Source: Spirochaetota bacterium (GTDB taxonomy: Bacteria; Spirochaetota; UBA4802; JAFGDQ01). Taken from it: 64,000 nt of DNA. The notes below the pieces were generated by a model, which saw nothing but the letters and a program-made list of their open reading frames with translations, was not told the DNA's origin and searched no databases. Every line of letters begins with the position of its first letter. Within the stretch, counting starts at the first letter, position 1. Where the stretch lies: positions 1 through 64,000 of the forward strand of contig JAZDKB010000019.1 of the NCBI GenBank assembly GCA_043803405.1, written 5' to 3'. Below, piece after piece: positions 1 to 11,263 of the stretch. The position numbers and the translations under genes are program-made.

Positions 1-140
1 AGACTGGCAAATCATATAAAGATTTAGGTGCAGATTATTACGAAAAGATGTATAAAGAGCGTGTATTGAGAAATTTTAAACAAAAGGCAGCTTCGTTGGG
101 ATTTTCGCTGGTGCCTTTACAGATTTAGTTTCTCAGAAGA
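1..140 (+). mobile_element. 3' end of IS110-family transposase and right end of element (partial)
   Basis: Frame 3 reads TGKSYKDLGADYYEKMYKERVLRNFKQKAASLGFSLVPLQI* (stop 126-128), resembling the C-terminus of IS110 transposases, and is followed by a short end sequence GTTTCTCAGAAG. Confidence 0.65.
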
Positions 141-416
141 AGGTTTTATTTATCCTATTAATTAAATTGATTTTACTTGTTTAATTTATGTTTTAAGTGA
201 TATAATAAATCGTCCGAAAAATAAAAAGTAAAGTAATTTATTTCTTTTACAGAATCCAGATTAACTAATTTTAATAAAAAACGTGAGTATACAACTGCGC
301 AAAGGCTTTGGAAGGGAATTAAGCATTATTTATTCACAGCAGTTGAATTTTATTAAAACATAATGCGATGTGCTAGATAAAAGAGTGCACATGGCATTAA
401 AAAATAAATAAATTTA

Positions 417-2276
417 ATGAAAAAATTTAGAAATATAATTTCTATTATTCTTCCTGTCATTTTAATAATAACAATCCAGACCAGGGATTTGTTTCCCGAT
501 TTTATTTTAGATGAAGAAGAAAAGCCCGCCGAGGAGAGAAAGCCGGCAGGGGAAAAAGAAAAATATTCCAAGTACATTGCGAAAAATATAAGAACAGAAA
601 TAATTCCGGACATTAAAGGGGCAGTAAGGATTACATGGGATTTTCATAAGGAGTCGGATGATGATTATATAGTAGGCAGATCCATGATTGTGCCGGATAC
701 TGTAGAGAAGGCATTAAAGGCTGTCTCTATCAAGTTGGTCCCATCGGGCGCGAAAGGGGATGTTATTGATTCGAATTTAAAAGCAGGCGCTTATTACTAT
801 TGCATACTTGCTAAATCCAGAATAATGGATAAAGCAATAGAACTTCATGCAGGCCAGAATTATACAATTATCCCGGCAATTATTGAAGCAGAGCCTGTTC
901 GCGAGACTCTTAAATCTCTGCCGCAGCAAATATCGCTTATCTATGCCAGGATTGTCAATAATTCACAGGTTAGAATAACATGGAGAGGCATAGAAACCCG
1001 CGGCATCGTGTACACTGTTTACCGCGGCAATGCTGCGCTGGATTCGCCGTCAAAATTAGCGCAGGCGGAAAAACTCGGCGTAATTACAGACAGTAAAGAA
1101 AGCTTTATCGACAATAAAATTACAAAAAGCGGGACTTATTTTTATGCAATAACAACAAAAGACATTACAGGCGGTGAAGATTTGAATTTGATCCCGGATC
1201 AAAGCTTTACTATAACAGGTATTTTTGTTTCCCTTGAAATCCCCTCTCCGGTAAATTATATTTTTGCGGTGCCTACTGATAACGGCGTAAGAATCAGCTG
1301 GAACAAGACAAGTTCAGGCGTAGCTGAATATTTAGTATACAGATATTCAAACACTATTTCGGATTCGGACAGAATCAGTCTTGCTTCATTTTTGGGAAAA
1401 GTTCCGGCAAATGATACTGTCTATTTTGACAGGAATCCTGGCGAAGGTAATTTTTATTATGCCGTACTTACAAGATTTTTAAACGGGAAAGTATTGAATG
1501 ATCTTGTAAAAGGCGAAAATTATACAGTTGATCCTGTCGTGATCGGAAGCGAGATAAAAATAGTATCTCTTGATGCAGGCTCCTTTGCTAACAATATAGA
1601 GCTGACCTGGAAAATAAGCGGTAATCTGGGAACTAAAAATTATAAAATTTTCCGTAAAAAGAGCGCAATTACAAGCCCGGACGATTTAGAGGACGCGGAA
1701 ATCGCTGCGTATGTGAATATATATGATTCAAAATATATCGATAAAAATCTGGGAACCGGCAGGTATTATTACGCGATTGTTCCCAAGTCAGTTGACAGCA
1801 GCAAAGATTTTTCGCTTGCATCCGGAATTAATGTTACCGAAGCAGTTATCGAAAAAAAATCTCAGGCAATTATAAATTCAGAACTGCCGCAGCAAATAAA
1901 GCCCGAAGCAAAGGCAACGTTGCCGACAATTATTCCTCAGCAGGTGCTTCCGGAAAAAAAATATCCGGTAAAAACAAGCGCTTCAAAAATTGATTCCATA
2001 TTACAGGATTATTTTTTTACAGGAAAGTACTATTACGCATTGGTGGAACTTCATAATTATATAAAAAAAACAGATAACCGTAATGATACAGCCAAGGCAA
2101 AATTTTTTATCGGCAGAACTCTTATTGAACTTAATAATTATGAAGAAGCAGTAAAGTATTTAATACTTAAGGATGTAAATGAACAATATCCTAAAGCAGC
2201 AAAATTCTGGAGGGAATACGCCATTTCAAAAATATCGGATGATGGAAATTATATTATAAATGATAATTTAAGATGA
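417..2276 (+). CDS. Secreted/membrane-anchored protein with FN3-like repeats and C-terminal TPR-like region
   Basis: N-terminal hydrophobic segment; repeated VRITW/ISW...YYYA beta-sandwich motifs; helical C-terminus. Confidence 0.6.
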   Translation: MKKFRNIISIILPVILIITIQTRDLFPDFILDEEEKPAEERKPAGEKEKYSKYIAKNIRTEIIPDIKGAVRITWDFHKESDDDYIVGRSMIVPDTVEKALKAVSIKLVPSGAKGDVIDSNLKAGAYYYCILAKSRIMDKAIELHAGQNYTIIPAIIEAEPVRETLKSLPQQISLIYARIVNNSQVRITWRGIETRGIVYTVYRGNAALDSPSKLAQAEKLGVITDSKESFIDNKITKSGTYFYAITTKDITGGEDLNLIPDQSFTITGIFVSLEIPSPVNYIFAVPTDNGVRISWNKTSSGVAEYLVYRYSNTISDSDRISLASFLGKVPANDTVYFDRNPGEGNFYYAVLTRFLNGKVLNDLVKGENYTVDPVVIGSEIKIVSLDAGSFANNIELTWKISGNLGTKNYKIFRKKSAITSPDDLEDAEIAAYVNIYDSKYIDKNLGTGRYYYAIVPKSVDSSKDFSLASGINVTEAVIEKKSQAIINSELPQQIKPEAKATLPTIIPQQVLPEKKYPVKTSASKIDSILQDYFFTGKYYYALVELHNYIKKTDNRNDTAKAKFFIGRTLIELNNYEEAVKYLILKDVNEQYPKAAKFWREYAISKISDDGNYIINDNLR

Positions 2277-2329
2277 TTTATTTTATTTAGTTTTTTGCCG
2301 ATAGATAGATAGAATATCAGGAGTTTATT

Positions 2330-3601
2330 ATGAAACTTAAAACAATTATTACAGGAATTATTCTTATTATTTTGGGATTGGGCATTTATATTTATTACGA
2401 TTTTTATTTTAAGCCGGATAAAGCAGCTAAGGAATTGCTGCTCGATGGCGAGCTGATTTATGAGCGAGGGGACAAGGCCTCGATTAATAGCTCCATAGAC
2501 GCTTTCAAGAAAATAATCATAATTCATCCTGATTCAAAATATGTTCCTCTGGCATGGTACAATATTGCCAGATGCTATGAGAAACTCGGCCTGCACGATC
2601 TTGCATATCGTAAATATATTTATCTTATTAAAAATAATAATGAAAATGTCAGCAGCGGATTAAAAAAAGAAATATCTATACGGCTGGCGCATATAAACAT
2701 GCTTAAACAATATTCAGAAGAAGCGGTCAGCCAGTTATATGGCCTTTTAAATACGAATTTTAATAAGGAGTTCAGGAGCAGGATATACACCGAATTAGGT
2801 TACATTTATTTAAAACAAAAGGATTATAATAAAGCAAAAAGAATGTTCGACATTTCTTTGACTGAATACGGCAGCAATGAAGACGCGATTATCGGACAGG
2901 CCAGATCCATGAAATGGATGGGGAAAGATAATGATGCGTATGATTTATATGAACATTTCCTTAAGTATTATGGTGCCGTAAGTCAATATACTTATGACGT
3001 AAAGAAATCCTATAAAGATCAGGCTTATGCCAGCGGGTTGAATGCTTTCAGGAATAAACGATACGATTCCGGCATTTCATTTTTTAACAGAATACTGACT
3101 AATTTTCCAAATGATAAAATCAGTGAAAATGCTCTTTACTGGACAGGCGAATCATATTATGGGACAGGACAATTCGATAAGGCTATTTCATATTTCAACA
3201 GGGTCCTTTCCAACGGATTTTATCACAAAGATGAAGATGCAAGAATTAAAAAAGGCTATGCTTATTTTATAAGCAAAAGATTCGACCTGGCAGCAAGAGA
3301 ATTCCAGGTGTATCTCGAACAATATCCTCACGGCAGATATGTGCTCATTGCAAAAAACTGGAAAGAAATGAGCACCAAGGAGCTTTTGATCCGGATACAG
3401 ACAAAAAAATTGCCTGAAACAAAAGATATGCCCAGGATAAAAGAAGAACAGATAAAAGAAACGCCGAAAAAAGAAAATGACGGGCTTGAAGAGGATACAG
3501 GCGCCGATAAAGCGGAAAAGGATGAAGAGATTGCAGGCGAATACTACAAAGATACTTTGAACGGGGAAAAAATCCGACTTGAAAATGTCGCCGAGTTATA
3601 G
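2330..3601 (+). CDS. Membrane-anchored TPR protein (CpoB/BamD-like TPR array)
   Basis: N-terminal TM helix; multiple TPRs, e.g. NALYWTGESYY. Confidence 0.7.
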   Translation: MKLKTIITGIILIILGLGIYIYYDFYFKPDKAAKELLLDGELIYERGDKASINSSIDAFKKIIIIHPDSKYVPLAWYNIARCYEKLGLHDLAYRKYIYLIKNNNENVSSGLKKEISIRLAHINMLKQYSEEAVSQLYGLLNTNFNKEFRSRIYTELGYIYLKQKDYNKAKRMFDISLTEYGSNEDAIIGQARSMKWMGKDNDAYDLYEHFLKYYGAVSQYTYDVKKSYKDQAYASGLNAFRNKRYDSGISFFNRILTNFPNDKISENALYWTGESYYGTGQFDKAISYFNRVLSNGFYHKDEDARIKKGYAYFISKRFDLAAREFQVYLEQYPHGRYVLIAKNWKEMSTKELLIRIQTKKLPETKDMPRIKEEQIKETPKKENDGLEEDTGADKAEKDEEIAGEYYKDTLNGEKIRLENVAEL

Positions 3602-3636
3602 TTTTTAATATTGAAAAATATTTTGGATTTTATAAT

Positions 3637-3663
3637 CAAAGGGAACCATAGCGGTTCCCTTTG
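3637..3663 (+). terminator. Rho-independent terminator
   Basis: CAAAGGGAACC-ATAGC-GGTTCCCTTTG stem followed by T-rich tract, downstream of the TPR gene. Confidence 0.7.
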
Positions 3664-3766
3664 TTATTTATTCAGCTAAGTCTAAAAAGTTGTTGAAATA
3701 ATCCATTAAACAGTAATTCTAATCTTCCTGTAAATCTTTTAATAAAATTTATTAAACCAGAATGCG

Positions 3767-4849
3767 ATGAAAATACTCCATACTGCAGACATACATTTGC
3801 GCGAAGATAATATTGAAAGGTGGAACGCGCTTTCCGGCATTGTTACTCTTGCTAAAAAAGAAAGAATAAACGCTATGGTAATAAGTGGCGACCTTTTTGA
3901 TGCCGATATTGATGCGTTTAGGCTTAAAGCCAGGGTGCGGGAACTCTTTTCGGATGCTCCATTTGATATAATCGTTATTCCGGGTAATCACGATGCCAAA
4001 TCGTTCGAAGATAAAGCCTTTTTCGGCTCAAGGGTAAAAGTTCTAAGGTCAGTTGAAGATACCTACGAAGCAGGTAATGTCATTATTTCAGGTATACCTT
4101 TCAAAAATATTAATGAACAGGAAATTTTTTCAATACTCCATAACATTTCAGGAAGATTAAGCAGGGATAAGTGTAATATTCTCTTGTATCACGGCGAGTT
4201 GCTGGACGCTTATTACTCAAGGCACGATTTCGGAGATGAGGGTGATTACAGATACATGCCTGTAAGACTTGATTTTTTCAAGGATTTGAAATTTGACTAT
4301 GTTTTAGCCGGGCACTTCCATACAAACTTTAATGCTATGGAATTTGACAAGCTTAACGGGATCGGGTATTTTGTTATCCCTGGCTCGCCGGTTTCGGTCA
4401 CAAAAAGAGAGACCGGAAAAAGAAAGGTGAATATTTTTAATACAGGGGAAAGCCCAGGGGAAGTATTTGTCGATTCTTTTTATTATGAAGCAGTTAAAAT
4501 TGTTCTTGATCCATTTGTAGAGGACGACCCTGTAACTGTGATAAAAAAAACGCTGGATAAAGCGGATGCGCAGGCAAGGATTTTACTTTCCATTGAGGGC
4601 TATATTAACAGTTCGAAACACGGGATAAACGAAACAAAATTACATGAAGAACTGGAATTACTAAGTAATATAAAAAAAATAAATGAAGTGAACTTCAGAG
4701 CAATAGATATGAGCAGAATTCTGGAGGATGATGTATTCAAGGCTTTTGATGCAAAACTGAAATCCCCTGCTTTCTCTTCTCTCCCTTTTTCAGAGAAAGC
4801 AGCTATGAGGGAATATTTCCTGAGGGCAATGATGGAGTCTTTCGTATGA
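3767..4849 (+). CDS. sbcD: Mre11/SbcD-like metallophosphoesterase nuclease
   Basis: HTADIH, GDLFD, GNHD, GHFH motifs; overlaps the downstream ATPase gene. Confidence 0.85.
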   Translation: MKILHTADIHLREDNIERWNALSGIVTLAKKERINAMVISGDLFDADIDAFRLKARVRELFSDAPFDIIVIPGNHDAKSFEDKAFFGSRVKVLRSVEDTYEAGNVIISGIPFKNINEQEIFSILHNISGRLSRDKCNILLYHGELLDAYYSRHDFGDEGDYRYMPVRLDFFKDLKFDYVLAGHFHTNFNAMEFDKLNGIGYFVIPGSPVSVTKRETGKRKVNIFNTGESPGEVFVDSFYYEAVKIVLDPFVEDDPVTVIKKTLDKADAQARILLSIEGYINSSKHGINETKLHEELELLSNIKKINEVNFRAIDMSRILEDDVFKAFDAKLKSPAFSSLPFSEKAAMREYFLRAMMESFV

Positions 4850-7182
4850 AGATTACTGAATTTTCGATCGACAGATACGGCCCGCTCTCCGGTACAGGAG
4901 TAATCAAGCCGGGCGCATTCAATCTTTTCTTCGGCAAAAATGAGAACGGTAAAACACTGACTATCGATGCGCTTATTAAATTCCTTCTGGGAAAAAAGGC
5001 AAAGGATTTCAAGACGGAAAGAGTCGATTTTTTTCCTGAGGGTTATTTAAAAGTCGAGATAAATGAAAACTCTCCGGAAAGGAAAGAAAGGACTTTACCC
5101 GGCGACGGAGATCTACCGAAAATTACAAAGACGCTGTCGTCTTCCCTTACCTCATCCGACTGCAGGAACATATTTATAATCAGAAACAGCGATCTGTCGC
5201 TCGCCGGAGAGACTGAATATTATACCGGGATCACAGAAAGGCTTGTCGGACTCCGCTCTTCCGATCTTAAAAAAATAAAAAAGAATCTGCTGGAAATCGG
5301 TAAACTCACTCCAGCCATGGATTACAGCAACGATGAGAAATCATTACGCTTAAAGCAAAGAATAAAAAAAGCGGAAATATTAATAAAATCAATTGAAGAC
5401 GCAAAGAGTGAGCTGATAAAAGAAGGATACAAGGAGATTGAAGTAAGATATTTTAGAAAAACGAGGGATATTGCCGGCATTAGCGATATGATAGTTCTTT
5501 ATGAAGATGCAAGAAAACGATCATTGCTGGAAAAAACAGTTGAGCTTTCAAACGCGATTGAAAAAACTATCAGCTCTTTAAAGGACATGGAACCCTTCAG
5601 GGATGAGTATCTCGAACACTGGCAGGAATCCGAAAGGGAAATCAAGCGAAGCGAAAGAGAATTAATCGAACTTAGCGACAAAGCCGGAAAAATAAAAAAT
5701 TCCATATCAGCTATTGAGGAACAGCTTATAGAATTAAGACAAAATATCGAACTAATGAGCAATAAAAAAAAATATATTGATGACGGGAAATCAAATCTGC
5801 AGGGATTAAAAAACTCTTTATCCCAGGCAAATCCGGACATTTCACTTTTAGCTCTCCTTAAAAGATTATCGGTTTTTTCCTCAATTATTACTATTGCGGT
5901 AGTTCTTTCCTGGTTTTACAGCCCGTCCGTATATTTATACAGCGCTGGCATTTTATCGCTTCTAGTAAGTATAATATTATGGATTTACGAAATAAGCCTC
6001 AATCTGAAAAAGCGAAAAACTCTGAGAGAATTCGGAAGAATAAAGTTAGTTCTGGCTGAACAAAGAATCGGCGGGAATTCTGTTGAGGAAATTCTTAGCT
6101 CCATTGGAAAATTTGACGAGGATTATACAAAATTAATAAAAAGGAACAGTCAATACGAATCCGATTTAACTGCTCTGCGGAGACATTTGCTGGAAACGGA
6201 AAATAATATTCAGGCACATAAAAATGTTATTGATGATTACGAAAAAAAACTGTTATCGATAAAAACAAAGACCGGATTTAAAACATTGCAGGAATACAGC
6301 GAAATCCTCAAAATGAAACGGGGGAAGGAAAAAGAAAGAGACGGTATTGCAAATAAACTGGAAGGCATGCTTGGCATTCATGCGAAAAGCACGGGAGAAA
6401 TACTGAGCCTCGTAAGAGTTAAAATTAATGAACTGGAGATTTATAAAGAAAAAGGAAAAGGAACCGTATATAATGAAAAGGTGTACGATGATCTGGTCGG
6501 TAAAAAGAAAGCGGCAGAAGACAGCCTGAAAAATATGAGGGATAATATTTCGCGCTTTGAAAATTTTACGGCAAGGATAGAGCCGGAAGCAAATGATATT
6601 TTTATTGAAGACGAAGAAAAAATATACTGTAAAACACTTGTTGATCTTGAGGAAGTTTTAAATCGTTTAAAAAATTTTATTGAAGAAAACGACAAAAAAA
6701 GAAATGCAATAATACACACTGTACAAATAATAGATGAAATTGAAAATGATGAAAGTAAAAGAGTACTTGAATTATTTGATGACAACCTATCGGCATTGTT
6801 TGATGAAATAACAAACGGATATTATAAAGAAGTTATATTTGATAAAGAAGACGGTTTAATTAAAGTTAAACACAGCAATGGCGGGCTTGTTGACGCGTGG
6901 AAGCTGTCCGGCGGAGCATATGACCAGCTGTATCTTACAATCAGACTGGCGCTGGGAGATAAATTGCTAAAACCGGAAAAGGGATTTTTTATTATGGATG
7001 ATCCTTTCATAAAATCCGATATGTATAGAATTGAGAGACAAATGAATCTTCTGAAAAAAATATGCAATTCCGGCTGGCAGGTGCTGTATTTTAGTTGCAA
7101 GAATGAGATAAAAGATATACTTTCCAGTGATATTAAAAATAAAAATATTAATTTTTTTGATATCAGTTGGGTGAATAATTAG
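4846..7182 (+). CDS. Rad50/SbcC-like (YhaN-type) SMC ATPase with internal TM segments
   Basis: Walker A GKNENGKT, long coiled coils, LSGG signature, Walker B IMDDPF. Confidence 0.85.
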   Translation: MKITEFSIDRYGPLSGTGVIKPGAFNLFFGKNENGKTLTIDALIKFLLGKKAKDFKTERVDFFPEGYLKVEINENSPERKERTLPGDGDLPKITKTLSSSLTSSDCRNIFIIRNSDLSLAGETEYYTGITERLVGLRSSDLKKIKKNLLEIGKLTPAMDYSNDEKSLRLKQRIKKAEILIKSIEDAKSELIKEGYKEIEVRYFRKTRDIAGISDMIVLYEDARKRSLLEKTVELSNAIEKTISSLKDMEPFRDEYLEHWQESEREIKRSERELIELSDKAGKIKNSISAIEEQLIELRQNIELMSNKKKYIDDGKSNLQGLKNSLSQANPDISLLALLKRLSVFSSIITIAVVLSWFYSPSVYLYSAGILSLLVSIILWIYEISLNLKKRKTLREFGRIKLVLAEQRIGGNSVEEILSSIGKFDEDYTKLIKRNSQYESDLTALRRHLLETENNIQAHKNVIDDYEKKLLSIKTKTGFKTLQEYSEILKMKRGKEKERDGIANKLEGMLGIHAKSTGEILSLVRVKINELEIYKEKGKGTVYNEKVYDDLVGKKKAAEDSLKNMRDNISRFENFTARIEPEANDIFIEDEEKIYCKTLVDLEEVLNRLKNFIEENDKKRNAIIHTVQIIDEIENDESKRVLELFDDNLSALFDEITNGYYKEVIFDKEDGLIKVKHSNGGLVDAWKLSGGAYDQLYLTIRLALGDKLLKPEKGFFIMDDPFIKSDMYRIERQMNLLKKICNSGWQVLYFSCKNEIKDILSSDIKNKNINFFDISWVNN

Positions 7183-7257
7183 TCCTATAACAGGGCGAAT
7201 TTTCACTGTACTTTTGCAGAATCAAATTTATTGTAATTCATTTAAGCGAGGATAATT

Positions 7258-7983
7258 ATGTTCAGTAAATATTTCGATAAACTTGAAAAGAATCTTATTA
7301 AAAAATCAAAGACGGAAAAAAAAGGAGAAGTAAAGAGCGAAAAATCAACTGGAAAAAAGAAAGAAAAAGAAGCTGTTGATCTTGATGCGTTAAAGGAAAC
7401 ATTGAGTAAAATTATCCCGTCCCAGCTTGCCGTTGACTCGGTAAAAATGATTGATCCGAGCGGATATTCGCCTGAAAATGTGGATTTAATCGCTTATAAG
7501 GAATTGTTTAAAGACATAATTAATTTAATGGGAGGTTTTATCCCATGCGAGCTTGTATACAGCACTTATCATGTAACCCCTGTTTTGAACAAAGAGACTT
7601 TAAACGAAGTAATCAGAAGAATTGTGCAGGCAAAAAAAATTAACCGCTTCACCGATCGGGAAGATAAACCTGCACTGATTCCTGCATTTGCAATAGCTTA
7701 TGATTCCGACTTAAAACTGGCAGATTTAAAATCTGTATTGATAGATAATTACATGTCTATGAGCATAGATCCGGCATCGGAAGTTGATATAATTGTAATT
7801 TTGAATAAAGGCCTGATAATCAAGAACTGGAGAGATAAGAGAAGTTTTATAGCTCTTGAAACAGGCAAAGATACCTTCATGTGGTTTTTTATATTAATGA
7901 ACGAATATCTGGATGTTAACAAGGATAATGAATTCGATTTAAGAAATTATGTTAAACATGGCGAGAAATATAACGAATATTAA
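7258..7983 (+). CDS. Hypothetical protein (possibly DUF6602-like)
   Basis: 241-aa ORF with RBS; VDLIAY / IPCELV motifs. Confidence 0.45.
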   Translation: MFSKYFDKLEKNLIKKSKTEKKGEVKSEKSTGKKKEKEAVDLDALKETLSKIIPSQLAVDSVKMIDPSGYSPENVDLIAYKELFKDIINLMGGFIPCELVYSTYHVTPVLNKETLNEVIRRIVQAKKINRFTDREDKPALIPAFAIAYDSDLKLADLKSVLIDNYMSMSIDPASEVDIIVILNKGLIIKNWRDKRSFIALETGKDTFMWFFILMNEYLDVNKDNEFDLRNYVKHGEKYNEY

Positions 7984-8005
7984 TAAATAAATTCCGGAAG
8001 ATATT

Positions 8006-8959
8006 ATGGATAAAAACAGAAGAATAATTTTTACAATACTGGCGCTTGTTCTCGTTTCATGCATACTGGCTGTTATAGACATTAGTCTTAATATTAAAAC
8101 TACTGAGCAGAAGGAAATCAGGCTGCCTGTTCCCGAATTTGGCCCCGGAGTCGGCGTAATTAAAGTATATGGCCCGATCAGCATATCGGGCTCCGGCGGA
8201 AGCCCTATCGGCATGGGAGCAAGCGGAGCAGATGCAATAGTAAAAAAACTGTCGAAACTTGGTGAAGATGGCAGAATAAAAGCCGTTGTCTTAAGGATAA
8301 ATACTCCGGGAGGCACAATCGCTGCAGTGCAGGAAATATTCGGCAAACTGATGGAGTTACGAAAGCAGAACATTATACTTGTAGCCTCAATGGGAGATGT
8401 TGCTGCATCGGGAGGCTATTACATAGCCTCGGCGTGCAATTATATTGTTGCGAATCAGGGTACAATTACAGGATCAATCGGTGTTATCGCCGCAGCGCCC
8501 AATATAAGAGGACTTTTTGACAAATTAGGAATAAAAATGAACGTCATTAAAAGCGGCAAGTATAAGGATATTCTGTCGAGCTTTCGGGAATTAAATCCTG
8601 ACGAAAGGGATTTGTTGCAGGAGATGATCGATTCATCTTACATGAAATTTTTAAAGGATGTATCTCTCGGAAGAAATACACCGATTTCCGATATAAAACC
8701 TTATGCGGATGGTCGGGTATTTAACGGAGAAACAGCCCTGAAATATAAGCTTATAGACGGTATCGGGACTTATCAGGACGCTATTGATAAAGCGAAAAGC
8801 CTGGCAAAACTCCCGAAAGATGCTCCTGTTTACGATCAGACAGGAAGTCCTTTTGAACAAATATTAATGTCAATAGAAGGAGCATTGGGTAAAAAATCGT
8901 TTGAAGATACGCTTAAGCAAAAAAATTATTCAATGATAGAGTATAGTATTGAGCCATGA
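8006..8959 (+). CDS. sppA: Signal peptide peptidase SppA (S49)
   Basis: RINTPGG, AASGGYY, TGSIGV, KSGKYKD motifs. Confidence 0.92.
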   Translation: MDKNRRIIFTILALVLVSCILAVIDISLNIKTTEQKEIRLPVPEFGPGVGVIKVYGPISISGSGGSPIGMGASGADAIVKKLSKLGEDGRIKAVVLRINTPGGTIAAVQEIFGKLMELRKQNIILVASMGDVAASGGYYIASACNYIVANQGTITGSIGVIAAAPNIRGLFDKLGIKMNVIKSGKYKDILSSFRELNPDERDLLQEMIDSSYMKFLKDVSLGRNTPISDIKPYADGRVFNGETALKYKLIDGIGTYQDAIDKAKSLAKLPKDAPVYDQTGSPFEQILMSIEGALGKKSFEDTLKQKNYSMIEYSIEP

Positions 8960-9561
8960 TGGAATATATTAAATCGTTAAAATGGATCGATTATTTTTAC
9001 TTCTGCATTTTTGAACCAAGAAGACTGGTAAATCTTATCGGCAGAAAGGAAGGCAGCCCTTTTCTTATGGGACTGGTTATCGTATTTATTGTGTCTCTCT
9101 TCGAGATAATTTCTTTTTCAATGCTTGGTTCGGAGACTAGATTTTTTTATTATAAAATTACTTACGGCTGGGTATTTGTATTTCTAATTTTTATTTTAGA
9201 GATAATTGTTCTTTCTTCTTTGATGGATTTGTTTTGTCAATTCCGGGCGCATCCTGGAAGCATAATGCTTATAATAAATTTAGTAACATTCTCTTTTTTC
9301 CCGCTATTCTTTATTTTACCTGTAGTTATTATCTTTACGACAATAAATTTTGTTCCTGTCTTTTTTTATATGTTCTTTACTGTATTACTTCATAGCTGGC
9401 AGGCAATGATTATTATTCAGGGTATATCCGAAATCCATCAAATCAGTTTTGGCGAATCGCTGGTAACATTTTTACTGCCGTTTATTTTTGTAGGCTTAAT
9501 ACTGTTTTTTTTATTGATACTTTTTTTTATAAACTTGGTAGGGTTTATTTCAGCTTTCTGA
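8956..9561 (+). CDS. Yip1-like multi-pass membrane protein
   Basis: About five hydrophobic helices; overlaps the sppA stop. Confidence 0.6.
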   Translation: MMEYIKSLKWIDYFYFCIFEPRRLVNLIGRKEGSPFLMGLVIVFIVSLFEIISFSMLGSETRFFYYKITYGWVFVFLIFILEIIVLSSLMDLFCQFRAHPGSIMLIINLVTFSFFPLFFILPVVIIFTTINFVPVFFYMFFTVLLHSWQAMIIIQGISEIHQISFGESLVTFLLPFIFVGLILFFLLILFFINLVGFISAF

Positions 9562-9632
9562 GCTGCTTCCGTTTTGCTATCCTTTTGTAATTGCTGAATA
9601 AGAGTAACTTTGCTGCGAAATAGTTTCTGCTG

Positions 9633-9669
9633 ATTCAATGCAGTTAAAAGAGTTTTAACTGCATTGAAT
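9633..9669. terminator. Perfect 17-bp hairpin, probable bidirectional terminator
   Basis: ATTCAATGCAGTTAAAA-GAG-TTTTAACTGCATTGAAT between convergent genes. Confidence 0.7.
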
Positions 9670-9680
9670 GCAATAATATT

Positions 9681-9872
9681 TTAGACCGCCTTTTTAACTA
9701 TTTTGTTCGATCTTATACATCTTGTGCAGATATATTTTTTTACACTGCGGCCATTTTCAATAGTTCTGACTTTTTTAATATTAGGTCTCCATATTTTCTG
9801 TGTTTTTCTATTTGAATGGCTTACACTATGCCCGAACTGAACCGCCTTGCCGCAAATTTCACATTTTGCCAT
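9681..9872 (-). CDS. rpmB: 50S ribosomal protein L28
   Basis: MAKCEICGK...GHSVSHSNRKT...WRPNI...ICTRCIRS. Confidence 0.97.
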   Translation of the reverse strand: MAKCEICGKAVQFGHSVSHSNRKTQKIWRPNIKKVRTIENGRSVKKYICTRCIRSNKIVKKAV

Positions 9873-10031
9873 ATACTTCTCCGAATAATATTAATTACAA
9901 TAGGATTTTTTTAGAGACACCAATTTCAATTTATCTGTTGTAATATTGCAACAATTTTATGTTTTTTTAACAAATTTTCTATAAAAAGTATGAAAAAATA
10001 TTTCCGGTTAAAAAAGTTATTTCAGCTTGGG

Positions 10032-11198
10032 CTAATCCGATTTTTCTGCAAGTTCCGGTTTAGCGGGCTGTTCCTGATTTTCACTGGATTCCGGTTTTGA
10101 GGCCGGGATAGAATCAAGGAATTCATCGTAATTAACTTCGCTTAAAGCATCAATCTCTTCAACTGAACATCCGATCATAATTACATTATTTTCCAGTAAT
10201 GTTATATTCCTGACCATCGCCATTACTGAGGCTGTTTTTTTTTGCGGAAACAGGATATCGAGATAAATAAGGTTATTGACTTTAAAATACCTTATATATT
10301 TTCTTTCTTTAAAAACAATACCTATCCCTTTTTTGGAAATGTTGGATACGATGAGTTTTTCATCGGATTTGGGGAAAACTTTTTCTTTTATAAGCAATTC
10401 TTCTATGGTCATTGCGATTTTTTTCGCAATTAAAAGATTTGAGCTTGTCAATATGTTGGTATTATTAACCTGAATATAACCGTAGGGCATTTTCTGTTTA
10501 TAAAGCAGCGGCACCGATATTTCGGAAATATATTCCTTTTTGCCCTGCAGAAAATGGTCTTTTGCGTATATTGTATTAATATAGAAGTTACGGTTCTCTG
10601 TTTCAGTATTTCCGGATTCGCTGGTGTTTATTTGCGGTATAAAAATAGGTTTTTTATTTTTTAAAAAATACTGCATTCTGCTGTCGTTTTTACTTTCATT
10701 ACAGAAAAAAATTTTTGAATGATTAAAGGCTTCGGATGTTTCTTTCTGAATATATTCTTTTATACGTCCTATTTTTTTTGTTTCCATTGAAAGTGAATTT
10801 TCAATAATCGAATAGGATATCAGATTGGCAACAAAAATAATATTTTTACTTCCTCCTGTATCCATCGAATCCATAGCTTTGCGGTTCTCCACTCTTGCCT
10901 TGGAAATGATCTGGAATTTTTCTATTGTAAATAAAAAAACATCGTCACCCTGCTTCTCATTGAACTTCGCAAGAGCATGGATTCTGAAGTTTTCCTTCCA
11001 TGAAAAAATAAGACAGTTGCCGGTAATACTCTTTACGAATGCTATTCTAAAAGCGGCAACATTATCTGAATATCCCATGAAATTTATTCTTAAATCTGCA
11101 GTCTTTGTCTTTAAAAAAACATTGGCATTTGTAAAAAATTTTGCCAGAATTTTTTCAAAGCTGTTCCTGTCGGTAATTGTTTTTATCTGGTCTGTCAT
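10032..11198 (-). CDS. PilZ-related protein (DUF1577-like)
   Basis: RxxxR (RVENR) and NISxxG motifs; C-terminal PilZ-like barrel. Confidence 0.6.
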   Translation of the reverse strand: MTDQIKTITDRNSFEKILAKFFTNANVFLKTKTADLRINFMGYSDNVAAFRIAFVKSITGNCLIFSWKENFRIHALAKFNEKQGDDVFLFTIEKFQIISKARVENRKAMDSMDTGGSKNIIFVANLISYSIIENSLSMETKKIGRIKEYIQKETSEAFNHSKIFFCNESKNDSRMQYFLKNKKPIFIPQINTSESGNTETENRNFYINTIYAKDHFLQGKKEYISEISVPLLYKQKMPYGYIQVNNTNILTSSNLLIAKKIAMTIEELLIKEKVFPKSDEKLIVSNISKKGIGIVFKERKYIRYFKVNNLIYLDILFPQKKTASVMAMVRNITLLENNVIMIGCSVEEIDALSEVNYDEFLDSIPASKPESSENQEQPAKPELAEKSD

Positions 11199-11263
11199 TT
11201 GATTTTGCCCTTGCAGTATTATAGCAAAACTTCAGTTTTAATCAATGTAAAAAATATCAGGCA

